The position numbers and the translations under genes are program-made. Shown piece by piece: positions 1-9,673 of a stretch of DNA of 64,000 nt. Origin of the DNA: Chitinophagales bacterium (lineage in GTDB: Bacteria > Bacteroidota > Bacteroidia > Chitinophagales > BACL12); the NCBI GenBank assembly GCA_020636645.1, contig JACJXO010000010.1, forward strand, positions 814 to 64,813. The letters run 5' to 3'. A model generated the notes under the pieces. The model ran no database searches, had not been told where the DNA came from, and was given only the letters and a program-made list of their open reading frames with translations. Position 1 is the first letter of the stretch, and each line of letters starts with the position of its first letter.

Positions 1-2
1 TA

Positions 3-1655
3 GAATTGCTTACATGCAGTGGCCAAAACTATCAATGGGCAAAAAGCATTGGCGGGATTTTATACGAAAACAGCATGGACATTGCCTTAGACAATGAAGG
101 AAATATTTATGCTTGTGGTCAATTTGAGGGTACAATAGATTTTGATCCCGGACCAGGAGTTTCCAATCTGACTAGTAAAGGGTTCACTGATATTTTTGTC
201 TTAAAATTGGATTCAGCAGGAAATTTTCTATGGGCAAAAAGTATGGGTGGAAGTAGTAATGATATAGGTTCATCTATTGCTTTGGATGACTCTGCTAATA
301 TTTGTATCACGGGCTACTTTTCTGATACAGTTGACTTTGATCCTGGACCAGGAATTTCCAATCTGACAAGTATAGGTTTCAGTGATATTTTCGTCTTAAA
401 GCTTGATTCCTCTGGCAATTTCTTATGGGCAAGGGGGATGGGTGGAAGTAGTTATGAAGTTGGCATATCCATCGGCCTTGAAAGTACAGGTAATATTTAC
501 GTGGCGGGCCATTTCTTTGGTACAGCTGACTTTGATCCCGGTCCGGAAACTAATAATTTGATCAGTCTTGGTTCAGCAGATATATTCATATTGAAGTTAA
601 ACTCATCGGGTAATTTTATCTGGGCAAAAAGTATGGGAGGTGGGGCTTACGTAAGTGTTAGTGATATGTCAGTAGATGGCTTTGGGAATGTTCACACAAT
701 TGGCAGTTTTTCCAACGAGATTGACTTGGATCCAGGGGTTGGAACAAGTATTTTGACCGCTTTGGATGCTGACGATATTTATATATCAAAACTGGATTCA
801 TCAGGAAACTACCTTTGGGCAGTGGGTATAGGTGGATTTTATCCTGACTATGGTACTTCCATTGCAGTAGACAACTCTGGAAATGTTTTTGCTACAGGTC
901 TATACGAAAATTCCGTTGACTTTGACCCGGGATTAGAAACTTTTTATTTAGTAAGCTATGGGAGAACAAGGGATATTTTTATACTTAAACTGGATGTTGA
1001 CGGTAATTTTGTTTGGGCAAAAAGCATAGGTGGGAATGATTCTGATAGCGGTGCTTCAATTGCAGTGGATGGCTCCAATAACCTTTACGTCAACGGGAGT
1101 TTCAGTTGGACCGTTGACTTTGACCCAGGAGACGAAATAAGTAATTTAATCAGCAATGGCTTGTCAGATATTTTTATTTTAAAGCTGGATTCACTAGGTA
1201 ATTTCGTTTGGGCGAAAGGTGTGGGCGGAACTTCCTCCGATGGTAGTAATAATATTGCCTTAGATGGTAATGGCAATGTTTACACAACGGGTACCTATAG
1301 AGAAATTGTTGACTTCGACCCGGGAGAGGGAGTAAGCGATTTTACAAGTGAGGGGTCAACTGATATGTATATCCTGAAACTTGGACCAACCATTATGGCT
1401 GTCTTGGAAAATAGTTTTGAGAATGGCTTGACTATTTACCCTAACCCTACTAGTAGCATTATAAATTTGGATATGGGTACAAGCTATGATGAATTGTATA
1501 TAGTAATTAGAAATCAGTTAGGACAAGAGGTTTTAGAGAAATCGTTTAGCGGTGCAAACCCATTGCAATTCAATATAGAAGGAACGGCTGGAATATATTT
1601 CATAGAAATAAGCTCCGGAAACAAAAGAGCAACACTAAAAATAGTTAAAGAATGA
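3..1655 (+). CDS. SBBP (beta-propeller) repeat protein with T9SS type A C-terminal sorting domain; 5' end runs off the window
   Basis: The frame is open to the window edge and there is no signal peptide at the listed start. About 10 tandem ~47-aa units of the form DIFVLKLDSSGNFLWAK..GG...IA.D..GN.Y..G.F...DFDPG. The tail IYPNPTSSIINL...IYFIEISSGNKRATLKIVKE is a Por sorting tail. AT-rich composition. Confidence 0.85.
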   Translation, partial: ELLTCSGQNYQWAKSIGGILYENSMDIALDNEGNIYACGQFEGTIDFDPGPGVSNLTSKGFTDIFVLKLDSAGNFLWAKSMGGSSNDIGSSIALDDSANICITGYFSDTVDFDPGPGISNLTSIGFSDIFVLKLDSSGNFLWARGMGGSSYEVGISIGLESTGNIYVAGHFFGTADFDPGPETNNLISLGSADIFILKLNSSGNFIWAKSMGGGAYVSVSDMSVDGFGNVHTIGSFSNEIDLDPGVGTSILTALDADDIYISKLDSSGNYLWAVGIGGFYPDYGTSIAVDNSGNVFATGLYENSVDFDPGLETFYLVSYGRTRDIFILKLDVDGNFVWAKSIGGNDSDSGASIAVDGSNNLYVNGSFSWTVDFDPGDEISNLISNGLSDIFILKLDSLGNFVWAKGVGGTSSDGSNNIALDGNGNVYTTGTYREIVDFDPGEGVSDFTSEGSTDMYILKLGPTIMAVLENSFENGLTIYPNPTSSIINLDMGTSYDELYIVIRNQLGQEVLEKSFSGANPLQFNIEGTAGIYFIEISSGNKRATLKIVKE

Positions 1656-1857
1656 CAGTAGTCAGCAAAAGATAAAGTTGATAGCTTCTTTCAAAGTGCT
1701 GAGATTTATAAACAAATCTTTAAATAGTATCCACTCCATAATAAGAGCCTGATTTATCTTGATACTGCTAAACAGCAAAATTGAAAGACGGTCTTGTAAC
1801 CTGGCTGAAACAGCAGCCCTAAGAATTCCCTATATTAGTTAACTCAAAACCCGCCTG

Positions 1858-2235
1858 ATGAAGAACCTCCTCCTTGTATTATGCCTGGGTATCGTATCTC
1901 CGCTGCTGGCGCAGCAGGTGGATGGCCCGCAGCTGACCGGTATCTCTGAAACTTCTGCCTGGACCGTCATTCGCATTGAATCAGATCAGCCATTCATCAT
2001 AGGCGGCAACCGCTATGTGCTGCATGTGGGTGATGTGGTGTTCGAACACAGTCGCCACCCTGACGGGAATGAACGCATCATCGAATTCCTGGTGGATCCC
2101 GATGCCTGGTCGGCGGCGCCGAAAGGAGAGGATGCCGTGCTGGTGTATGGGCTATACGAAGGCAACATGACCGCACAGGGGCGCTCTGAGCATATGGAAG
2201 GACGCTACACTGCTCTCGGACCTTTAACGAAGTGA
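1858..2235 (+). CDS. small secreted hypothetical protein
   Basis: Signal peptide MKNLLLVLCLGIVSPLLAQQ. The stop lies 1 nt before the next start, so the two are probably co-transcribed. No recognisable domain. Confidence 0.55.
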   Translation: MKNLLLVLCLGIVSPLLAQQVDGPQLTGISETSAWTVIRIESDQPFIIGGNRYVLHVGDVVFEHSRHPDGNERIIEFLVDPDAWSAAPKGEDAVLVYGLYEGNMTAQGRSEHMEGRYTALGPLTK

Positions 2236-2236
2236 T

Positions 2237-5200
2237 ATGCGCAGGATCCTGTTTTTCGTCTTGTTTTGGCCTGTTGCATTGCTCGCTCAGACACCCGATC
2301 CGGGAGAACCCGGTCCCTATGCGGTAACATCTGCAGAATATGATTTCGGCGATGAAGCCTTTGATCCGCCTTCCTTCCCCGAACCGGTGGAGGTGACAGG
2401 CTCTGTGCACTATCCGGATGACCTGAGCGACGGTCCCTTCCCGGTCATTCTCATTTTGCACGGTCGGCATTCTTCCTGTTACAATCCAGGTACGGGATGG
2501 ACCAGCATCGCCTGGCCCTGTACTGCCGGCTATGAACCCATCCCGAGTTACACCGGATACGACTACCTCGCCGAGCAGATGGCCAGTCACGGGTATATCG
2601 TCATCTCTGTCTCGGCCAACAGCATCTCTTCTACCGATAACTCCGTCGGCGACTATGGCATGCAGGCAAGAGGCGAACTGCTGCAGCACCACCTGGATCT
2701 CTGGAACGACTGGAACACGGTAGGAGGCGATCCCTTCGGCACCATGTTCGTCGGCAAACTCGATATGGACCACATCGGTACGCTCGGACATTCCCGCGGA
2801 GGCGAAGGCGTCATCTTCCATGCACTCTATAATCGTTCGCTGGGAAGTCCCTACGGCATCGATGCCGTGCTGACCCTGGCTCCGGTCGATTTCAATCGCC
2901 AGACCCTGACCGGTATTCCGCTGCTCAATGTGGCACCCTATTGCGATGGCGATGTATCTGATCTGCAGGGTGTGCACTTCTATGATGATGTGCGATATGA
3001 AGACCCCACCGACGAAGCGCCCAAGCACAGCCTGATGCTGCCGGGTGGCAACCACAACTTTTTCAATACGGTCTGGACTCCGGGACTGTTCCCGGCAGGA
3101 ACGGCCGACGACTGGGGCTATGTGGACTGGACCCAGAGCGACGACCAGTGCGGCACCTCCGATCCCGGCAATGGCCGATACGAGCCCGAAACGCAGCGCA
3201 ATATTCTGCTGGCATACGCCTCTGCATTTTTCAGATTCTATGTAGGCGGCGAAGAGGATTTTTCACCCATCCTCGAAACGAACGATATCATCCCTCCGGC
3301 ATCTGCTACCATTGCACCCGACGATGCTTTCATGTCTTACCATCCCTCCAACCGAAAGAAGATCGATCTGAACCGACTGGATAATGAAGGCACAGAATCG
3401 ACCAACAGCCTCGGTGGCGCTGCCTCTCAAACCGGACTGACCGACTACGACATCTGCGGAGATGATTTTGGCGAACAGTACTGCCTCAACCTCGGCGCTT
3501 CTCAGGAACCCCACTGCAAGAACGGCGGCATCAGCATGCTGGGTCTGTCGCAACTGGGCATCAGCTGGAACAGTGCCGATGATGTCTATGACAACGAATT
3601 GCCTGTAGAATGGCAGAACCTGTCGGAATTTGAGTATGTGCAGTTCCGTGCTTCGGTCGATTTTACCGGAACGGCCAGCGCACTGGATTTTTCGGTAGAA
3701 CTGGAAGATGCATCCGGTGCCACAGCGAGTGTCAATACGGATGACTACACGAATGCTCTGTTCTATCCTCCCGGAGATATCGGCACCACCCTGCCACGCA
3801 TCATGCACCACACCATCAAACTGCCGTTGTCAGCTTTTGAAGGGATAGACCTGAGTGCAGTGACCCATATTCGTATGCAGTTCAACGGCTCTGCATCTGG
3901 TAGCATTTTTGTGAGCGATCTGCTGATCAGTTCTGATGAAAATGTCTATCTGCCTCCGGTGGCAGATTTCAGTGTCAATGTCACCACCACCTGTACAGGC
4001 ATGGTGCAATTCACTGACAATACCATGCTGTTTCCGGAAGAATGGTTGTGGGATTTTGGAGACGGAACTACTTCAGATGAACAGAATCCGTCGCATACCT
4101 ACTACACTAGCGGCGATTATACCGTCACCCTGACCGCGACCAATCCTGCAGGTTCAGATGAGGTCACTTATGAAGCACTGATACACGTAGAACACCCGAT
4201 CGCTCCAACTGCTGTTGGCGATGTGATCTGTGCAGGAGAAGAAGCCACGCTCTCAGCTATGCCGGCAGGAGGAGGAACCCTCAACTGGTATGATGCACCC
4301 GGCGGAAGTCTTGTGTTTTCCGGCGATGCCTACACTTTTGAACCACTTGTGAGTACTACTTACTACATACAGGAAACGATAGAATCACCGATAGAAGAAG
4401 TGGGTCCGCCTGACAATACTTTCGGAAGCGGCGGATACTTCAACAGCAATGACCTGCGTGGTATCTTCTTCAATGTGGAGGTGCCGCTCACCATCGAAAC
4501 GGTTAAGGTCTATTCAAACATGGCCGGCAACAGGACCATCCAGGTGCTGGCAGGAGAGGGCGGACCGGTGGTACATTCACTCACCATGAACATTCCTTCC
4601 GGCGAACAGGTCATCGACCTGAACTTTGCTATGGAACCGGGCGATCAGTATTACATCAAAGTGACCGGTGCACGGGTGGATCTTTTCCGCATCAACGATG
4701 GTTCTCCGGATTATCCGTATGAGATACCGGGTGTCATTTCGCTCACCGGATCGAATGTGGTTGGGGCGGAACTGGATTACTATTATTACTTCTTTGACTG
4801 GAAGATCAGACAGGCAGAATGCCTCAGCGAACTGGCACCTGTTACAGCCAGTGTATCCCCTTTACCAGATATCGCCACCATCGGTGATGTGACCATTCCT
4901 GCTGGGGGTTCAGCTACTTTGTTTGCGTCCGGCGGAGTGAGTTGCTACTGGGAACCAGCCACCGGACTGGATGATCCGTCTTCCTGTACACCCATGGCAT
5001 CACCTGAGGAAACTACTACCTATACCGTAACCGTTACCACCATCAATGGTTGTGTGGATACAGCATCTGTAGTGGTCACGGTAACAGATGATAATGGCTG
5101 GGAAGAATTGCAGCTTGCAGGGATCGTGTTGTATCCGCAGCCTGCAACGGGTCAGGTACAGATAGACGGACTGGGTGCTGTTCCGGTGACATATCTGCTG

Positions 5201-5347
5201 ACAGACATGCAGGGAAAACTGATCGCTCAGGGGATGGTAGATGCACTGCACAACAGCATCGAACTGCAGGGTATCCCGGCAGGATCCTACATGCTTAAGC
5301 TTACCGGCAACATGTCATCTGTCAGTCTGCCGATGATCATTCAATAG
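2237..5347 (+). CDS. secreted alpha/beta-hydrolase (esterase/lipase-like) with PKD domain and T9SS type A sorting domain
   Basis: Signal peptide. Nucleophile elbow GHSRGG after LILHGRHS. PKD signature WDFGDGTTSDEQNPSHTYYTSGDYTVTLTATN. C-terminal LYPQPATGQVQI...GSYMLKLTG tail. Confidence 0.8.
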   Translation: MRRILFFVLFWPVALLAQTPDPGEPGPYAVTSAEYDFGDEAFDPPSFPEPVEVTGSVHYPDDLSDGPFPVILILHGRHSSCYNPGTGWTSIAWPCTAGYEPIPSYTGYDYLAEQMASHGYIVISVSANSISSTDNSVGDYGMQARGELLQHHLDLWNDWNTVGGDPFGTMFVGKLDMDHIGTLGHSRGGEGVIFHALYNRSLGSPYGIDAVLTLAPVDFNRQTLTGIPLLNVAPYCDGDVSDLQGVHFYDDVRYEDPTDEAPKHSLMLPGGNHNFFNTVWTPGLFPAGTADDWGYVDWTQSDDQCGTSDPGNGRYEPETQRNILLAYASAFFRFYVGGEEDFSPILETNDIIPPASATIAPDDAFMSYHPSNRKKIDLNRLDNEGTESTNSLGGAASQTGLTDYDICGDDFGEQYCLNLGASQEPHCKNGGISMLGLSQLGISWNSADDVYDNELPVEWQNLSEFEYVQFRASVDFTGTASALDFSVELEDASGATASVNTDDYTNALFYPPGDIGTTLPRIMHHTIKLPLSAFEGIDLSAVTHIRMQFNGSASGSIFVSDLLISSDENVYLPPVADFSVNVTTTCTGMVQFTDNTMLFPEEWLWDFGDGTTSDEQNPSHTYYTSGDYTVTLTATNPAGSDEVTYEALIHVEHPIAPTAVGDVICAGEEATLSAMPAGGGTLNWYDAPGGSLVFSGDAYTFEPLVSTTYYIQETIESPIEEVGPPDNTFGSGGYFNSNDLRGIFFNVEVPLTIETVKVYSNMAGNRTIQVLAGEGGPVVHSLTMNIPSGEQVIDLNFAMEPGDQYYIKVTGARVDLFRINDGSPDYPYEIPGVISLTGSNVVGAELDYYYYFFDWKIRQAECLSELAPVTASVSPLPDIATIGDVTIPAGGSATLFASGGVSCYWEPATGLDDPSSCTPMASPEETTTYTVTVTTINGCVDTASVVVTVTDDNGWEELQLAGIVLYPQPATGQVQIDGLGAVPVTYLLTDMQGKLIAQGMVDALHNSIELQGIPAGSYMLKLTGNMSSVSLPMIIQ

Positions 5348-5757
5348 GTCTCTGTCTTATCGTGCTGTCGCTGCAGCATGGCTTTGGCAATAGGTTCTTC
5401 TGAATAGGAATACAGGTAATAGGTGACCCGCAGTTTGTTGCGGCTCACTTTTTTGATGAAGACATCTCCGCCCTGATCGCAATTCAGCAGGCCTGTTTCG
5501 ATCACTTCCTTATAATGCCTTTTGCGTTTGCCATTCTGCACCAGCTCCCAGTGGCCACTGCAGCCAAGTGATGGATAACTGATCAGTACTTCTGCATCTG
5601 AAATGATGCGCAGATCGATATCCCACTGTTGTTTGTCTATTTGTAATCCCACACCCGTCCAGTGTCCTTCCATACCATCCGTATCCGGAACTCCGGTCAG
5701 CTGCGCAAATGAAAGTACAGGAACAGCCAGGAGCAGAAAGAACAGTGTGTGTCGCAT
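5341..5757 (-). CDS. hypothetical secreted protein
   Basis: Signal peptide MRHTLFFLLLAVPVLSFAQ. No recognisable domain. Confidence 0.5.
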   Translation of the reverse strand: MRHTLFFLLLAVPVLSFAQLTGVPDTDGMEGHWTGVGLQIDKQQWDIDLRIISDAEVLISYPSLGCSGHWELVQNGKRKRHYKEVIETGLLNCDQGGDVFIKKVSRNKLRVTYYLYSYSEEPIAKAMLQRQHDKTETY

Positions 5758-5767
5758 AGGAATGAGT

Positions 5768-6154
5768 TTACTGAACGTCGTCAGGATTCACTGTGAACGT
5801 GCAAAAGCGTTCGGTATTTCTTCCGTCCTGTGCATCCAGTTCCCAGTTGCTGTCGTCGAACGGATCCTTGATCAGGGTCTTGCCGCCACTCACGTCAATG
5901 ATCATGGTATCTATATCTGACACACAGGTGTAACCATCGCCGGGAAAAGAACCCTGCCAGTCACGCCAGTAGATATCGCTGGAAGTGCCGGGAGGAAAGG
6001 AATAATTCTGGTCCACACCGTCTTTCATCAGCAGTTCCACTGTAATGGTGTCATTGCTCTGGTTGCTGAAGGTTTTGATATAGGTGGTGCCACCTTCGCA
6101 GGCAGCGAACAGGAGTGTGGTGATCAGGGCGAGGGATAAGACAGTTTTCTTCAT
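5768..6154 (-). CDS. hypothetical lipoprotein
   Basis: Lipobox-like N-terminus MKKTVLSLALITTLLFAAC. Confidence 0.55.
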   Translation of the reverse strand: MKKTVLSLALITTLLFAACEGGTTYIKTFSNQSNDTITVELLMKDGVDQNYSFPPGTSSDIYWRDWQGSFPGDGYTCVSDIDTMIIDVSGGKTLIKDPFDDSNWELDAQDGRNTERFCTFTVNPDDVQ

Positions 6155-6258
6155 GATGCGAAAATAACGCCTTTGGCCGGAAGTTATTTTTGCCCCTTGC
6201 TACGAGTGTTGGCGGCCTGATGTTTGGGAAGAATTAAGAAGTATAATTTCATTTGAAA

Positions 6259-6343
6259 GGATCTTCCAAGATCCTGCCACAGATACAGATCTGTTGGCAG
6301 TTAAATGCCCGTTGCTATAAGATACAGACCTTCAGCAACGGGC
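6259..6343. terminator. three consecutive inverted repeats downstream of the SDR gene (possible terminator region)
   Basis: GGATCTT/AAGATCC at 6259-6274. CTGCCACAGAT/ATCTGTTGGCAG at 6275-6300. GCCCGTTGCT/AGCAACGGGC at 6307-6343 with a 17-nt loop. No clear U-tract. Confidence 0.3.
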
Positions 6344-6374
6344 AATCTGTCACATGCTCCTTATGTTCTGAGTA

Positions 6375-7193
6375 TCATTTGCTCATACTCATCACCATCC
6401 TGTCAAACATACCGTCACTCAGCCATCTTCTCAGGAAGATCATGGGTTTTGCCAATGCTCCTGTAGCATAGCGTGTTTTGGGTTTACTGGATCTTACAGC
6501 TTTTGAAATGGTCTTTGCTATGACCTCAGGCGGAGAGAAGGTGCGCTGATAAACACGGTCTCCTGCGGCGATCACACTCTTTACCATAGCAGCATAGGGG
6601 CCCTTGCCTGAACGGTCTATCATGGGTTGATTCATGACATCAGAGAATTCTGTTTTAATGATACCGGGTTCTACAATGACCACCTTGATACCGAATTGCT
6701 TCAGTTCCAGTCGGAGGCAGTCACTCCATCCTTCCAGGGCATGTTTGGTGGCATGGTACCAGGCTCCCATGGGTGTATAGATCTTGCCGCCAACACTGGT
6801 GATGTTGATGATGGTGCCTGACTGTTGCCTGCGCATGAGTGGAATGAACAGCTGGGTTAGCCTTGCCAGGCCAAAGATGTTTACTTCAAACTGCCTGCGG
6901 GCATCTTCAATGGTGGTTTCTTCTACTGAACCATAAATGGCATAGCCGGCATTGTTGACCAGCACATCCAGGCCACCATGGTCCTGCTCTATCCTGGCTA
7001 CCACTTTCAGGATGTCTTCTTCTTGGGTGATGTCCATAGACAATGGTATGGCCCCTTTGGCTTTGAGGTCGTCCATCTGACCAAGTCTTCTGGCTGCCAC
7101 ATAGACCGTATGGCCATCCCGGAGCAATTGAAAGGCGGTGGCCTTTCCTATTCCGGAAGAAGCACCTGTTACAAGAATGATCTGCTTTTTCAT
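6375..7193 (-). CDS. short-chain dehydrogenase/reductase (SDR family oxidoreductase)
   Basis: TGASSGIGKATA cofactor motif, NNAG, and catalytic YHATK (YxxxK). Confidence 0.9.
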   Translation of the reverse strand: MKKQIILVTGASSGIGKATAFQLLRDGHTVYVAARRLGQMDDLKAKGAIPLSMDITQEEDILKVVARIEQDHGGLDVLVNNAGYAIYGSVEETTIEDARRQFEVNIFGLARLTQLFIPLMRRQQSGTIINITSVGGKIYTPMGAWYHATKHALEGWSDCLRLELKQFGIKVVIVEPGIIKTEFSDVMNQPMIDRSGKGPYAAMVKSVIAAGDRVYQRTFSPPEVIAKTISKAVRSSKPKTRYATGALAKPMIFLRRWLSDGMFDRMVMSMSK

Positions 7194-7207
7194 TTTATTA
7201 TTTATAA

Positions 7208-7223
7208 GTGATTAATTACTTAC
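7208..7223. promoter_or_regulatory. candidate TetR operator copy B (GTGATTAATTACTTAC)
   Basis: 15 of 16 nt identical to the copy at 7774-7789. Near-palindrome around AATT. Lies 15 bp upstream of the SDR start. Confidence 0.5.
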
Positions 7224-7241
7224 TATTTAGGGTAATTTTTT

Positions 7242-7769
7242 TTACAGTCCGTATTTAGCCAGCCAGTAGTTTCTGACCGACCTCGGGTGTTCCAGCGTTC
7301 CCGTTACAAGGGCAGCCACCACCGCATCAAAATGCAGGAGAAAAAAGGATGCTTCTTTTTGCGGATGCGCATATCCGAGTTTTCGGAAGGATGATGCCAA
7401 TGCTTTTTCAAGTTGGTCTCTGCCATATTCGCCGGTGCGACCTAACTCGTACTTCAGCTTGTAGATCAGCTTCCAGAATTCCAGCTGGCCCGCATCTTCC
7501 GCAACCTGAAACGGACGGTGGATAGCCATTCTCAGCAAAGACTCCGGATCCTTTTCTGCCAGCAGCAGGCCTATCTCTTTCCTGCCTGCTTCTTCGCCCG
7601 CATCCAGAATGCCCTGAAGCAGTCCCTCCTTACTGCCAAAATGACGAAATATCAGACCTTCAGAAACACCAGCTGCCTTCGCTACCTTACTGGTAGGGGT
7701 GGCATGGTACCCTTCTGCAGCAAATAACTGCAAGGCGGCACGGAGTATGTTTTCCTGTTTTTCTGTCAC
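7242..7769 (-). CDS. TetR/AcrR family transcriptional regulator
   Basis: N-terminal HTH region ILRAALQLFAAEGYHATPTSKVAKAAGVSEGLIFRHFGSKEGLL. GTG start. Confidence 0.88.
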   Translation of the reverse strand: MTEKQENILRAALQLFAAEGYHATPTSKVAKAAGVSEGLIFRHFGSKEGLLQGILDAGEEAGRKEIGLLLAEKDPESLLRMAIHRPFQVAEDAGQLEFWKLIYKLKYELGRTGEYGRDQLEKALASSFRKLGYAHPQKEASFFLLHFDAVVAALVTGTLEHPRSVRNYWLAKYGL

Positions 7770-7773
7770 CGGA

Positions 7774-7789
7774 GTGAGTAATTACTTAC
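7774..7789. promoter_or_regulatory. candidate TetR operator copy A (GTGAGTAATTACTTAC)
   Basis: Contains the perfect 10-bp palindrome AGTAATTACT. Lies 5 bp upstream of the tetR start. Repeated at 7208-7223. Confidence 0.5.
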
Positions 7790-7847
7790 AAAGGTAAGAC
7801 GAATTTCCATTCTGCCAAATTTTATTGGAAGGGTGTGATCGGTCGGC

Positions 7848-8075
7848 TTACAATTTCCTGAACTGCTGCCTGACCTTCTCCATCATTTTTTCATTCTTCA
7901 GATCTTCGGGACGGATATACTCTTCAAAGAATCCGCAATGAAGGCAGATGTACAGATCAACAAACACTTTCGTCCAGGAGGTTACGGGTAAAGAGCATCG
8001 GTCGCCGCGTTTGGGCTGCCGTGCATCCGTGTAGATCTCAGTACTCTGGCATTTAGGACAGACTCCGTTCTTCAT
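7848..8075 (-). CDS. small zinc-ribbon protein
   Basis: Two CxxC pairs: CPKCQS and CLHCGF. Confidence 0.55.
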   Translation of the reverse strand: MKNGVCPKCQSTEIYTDARQPKRGDRCSLPVTSWTKVFVDLYICLHCGFFEEYIRPEDLKNEKMMEKVRQQFRKL

Positions 8076-8120
8076 AACAGGGTTGGGTTTGGATGATCCC
8101 TGAAATTACACAGCCAATTG

Positions 8121-8960
8121 TTATTGGACCACTTCCTTGTTTCCACGCAGGTACACGAACCAATATACCAACCCCACCAGTCCGGCCCCACCCACTATAT
8201 TGCCTAAAGTTACCGGAAGCAGATTGTACAACAATGCACGTTGCACGGTCAGCTGTGAAAGTTGGAGGCCTGCATCTGCCAGCATCGCATCCAGGGTGCC
8301 GCTGCCCGCTACTGCCATGCCTGCAGGTATGAAGTACATATTGGCCACGCAGTGCTCAAAGCCGGCTGCCACAAAGGCGCTGATGGGAAAAATGACCGAC
8401 AGGATCTTGCCGGTGGTGGTGGCAGCACTGAAACTCAGCCAGACTGCCAGGCATACCAGAATGTTGCACAGGATGCCCAGCACAAAGGCCTGAACAGGTT
8501 CATGTGAACACTTCTGAACAGCAATGGAAACCATGTTGACCCCCGTTTGTCCATGACCTCCCAGATGGTATCCGGAAAGCAGGATCATCGCCACCATACA
8601 CATACTTCCTGCCAGATTTCCGGCATATACGATCATCCAGTTCCGCAATAACAACCGGGTGCTCACCTTTTTACTGGCCCAGGCCATAACGATCAGATTA
8701 TTTCCGGTAAAGAGTTCGGCTCCGCCTACAATAACGAGTATCAGCCCGAGGCTGAATACCACTCCTCCAACAAGTTTGGTGATGCCGAATGGCAGGGTGC
8801 TGCCTGCTGTGACCGTCGTGGCAAATATGGCTCCAAAGGCAATGAAAGATCCGGCAAGCACACTCAGAACGAACATGCGCATGGCTGTCATATGTGCCTT
8901 TTTTTCACCTATGCGCTCCGCCATTCGTGCCATTTCATCAGGAAGCAGATTGTCGATCAT
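8121..8960 (-). CDS. formate/nitrite transporter (FNT) family channel
   Basis: Six-TM profile with the FNT-like stretches GAELFTGN and GFEHCVANMY. Confidence 0.85.
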   Translation of the reverse strand: MIDNLLPDEMARMAERIGEKKAHMTAMRMFVLSVLAGSFIAFGAIFATTVTAGSTLPFGITKLVGGVVFSLGLILVIVGGAELFTGNNLIVMAWASKKVSTRLLLRNWMIVYAGNLAGSMCMVAMILLSGYHLGGHGQTGVNMVSIAVQKCSHEPVQAFVLGILCNILVCLAVWLSFSAATTTGKILSVIFPISAFVAAGFEHCVANMYFIPAGMAVAGSGTLDAMLADAGLQLSQLTVQRALLYNLLPVTLGNIVGGAGLVGLVYWFVYLRGNKEVVQ

Positions 8961-9110
8961 GTTCTGCTGTTTGGTGTAAAATTATCTGCCATAGATATGG
9001 AAAATGGTGGCTCTTGTCATGGATAAACTTTGATTTTTGTTAGCAGTTAGGCGGTTATTGGATCACATGTTTGACATGATCCTGATTTTTTATCGCATAT
9101 TTTTACCAGA

Positions 9111-9665
9111 ATGAAATGGCCTGGATGCCTCTGTATTTTCTGCTTGCTGATGACCGGTGCTCAGGCACAGGTGTCAGAACAGCCACACAATCTGTTTCTG
9201 CTCGTATTGGATGTGCAGCCGGCTTACTATACTGATCAGGAAGCTGCAGATATAATGGTCAGGACCATCAACAGTTTGGCCGAGTCAACTCCTGCTTCCA
9301 ATATGGCTGTTACACAGGCTGCCGGACAGTCACTGAATATTTCTCTCAAGGGTTTTTCTAAAACGACCCTTCCGCCTGCAGAACTTGATCCCAAACTACA
9401 GATTGCACAGGCACCCGTGTACACGAAGATCACCCCGAATGCACTGGAACAGGAAGAACTGAACAGCCAACTCAGGGAACTGAAAGTGAATATGCTTCTT
9501 CTTTCCGGACTCATGGCTGAACAGTGCGTGTACCACACAGCCATCGGTGCCCTGAAGGAAGGCTATTCCGTATATCTGATCGCAGATGCAGTAATGGGCA
9601 GCACCCCGAAGAAAAAAGAAAAGGCGCTCAAAAAACTTGCTAAGAAGGGTGTGATCATATATTGA
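9111..9665 (+). CDS. secreted isochorismatase-family cysteine hydrolase
   Basis: Signal peptide, then LLLSGLMAEQCVYHTAIGALKEGYSVYLIADAV (catalytic Cys context). Confidence 0.7.
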   Translation: MKWPGCLCIFCLLMTGAQAQVSEQPHNLFLLVLDVQPAYYTDQEAADIMVRTINSLAESTPASNMAVTQAAGQSLNISLKGFSKTTLPPAELDPKLQIAQAPVYTKITPNALEQEELNSQLRELKVNMLLLSGLMAEQCVYHTAIGALKEGYSVYLIADAVMGSTPKKKEKALKKLAKKGVIIY

Positions 9666-9673
9666 TCTGAGTA

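Noticed and set aside
2078-3055. Long antisense ORFs inside large GC-rich genes: 2078..3055 (-), 53394..54404 (-), 56766..57695 (-), 33526..34176 (-), 35233..35754 (-) and 56342..56947 (-).
   Set aside because: Each lies wholly opposite a CDS with clear domain signatures. Their translations are low-complexity and Arg/Gly/His-rich with no motifs. These are typical shadow ORFs of GC-rich coding DNA.
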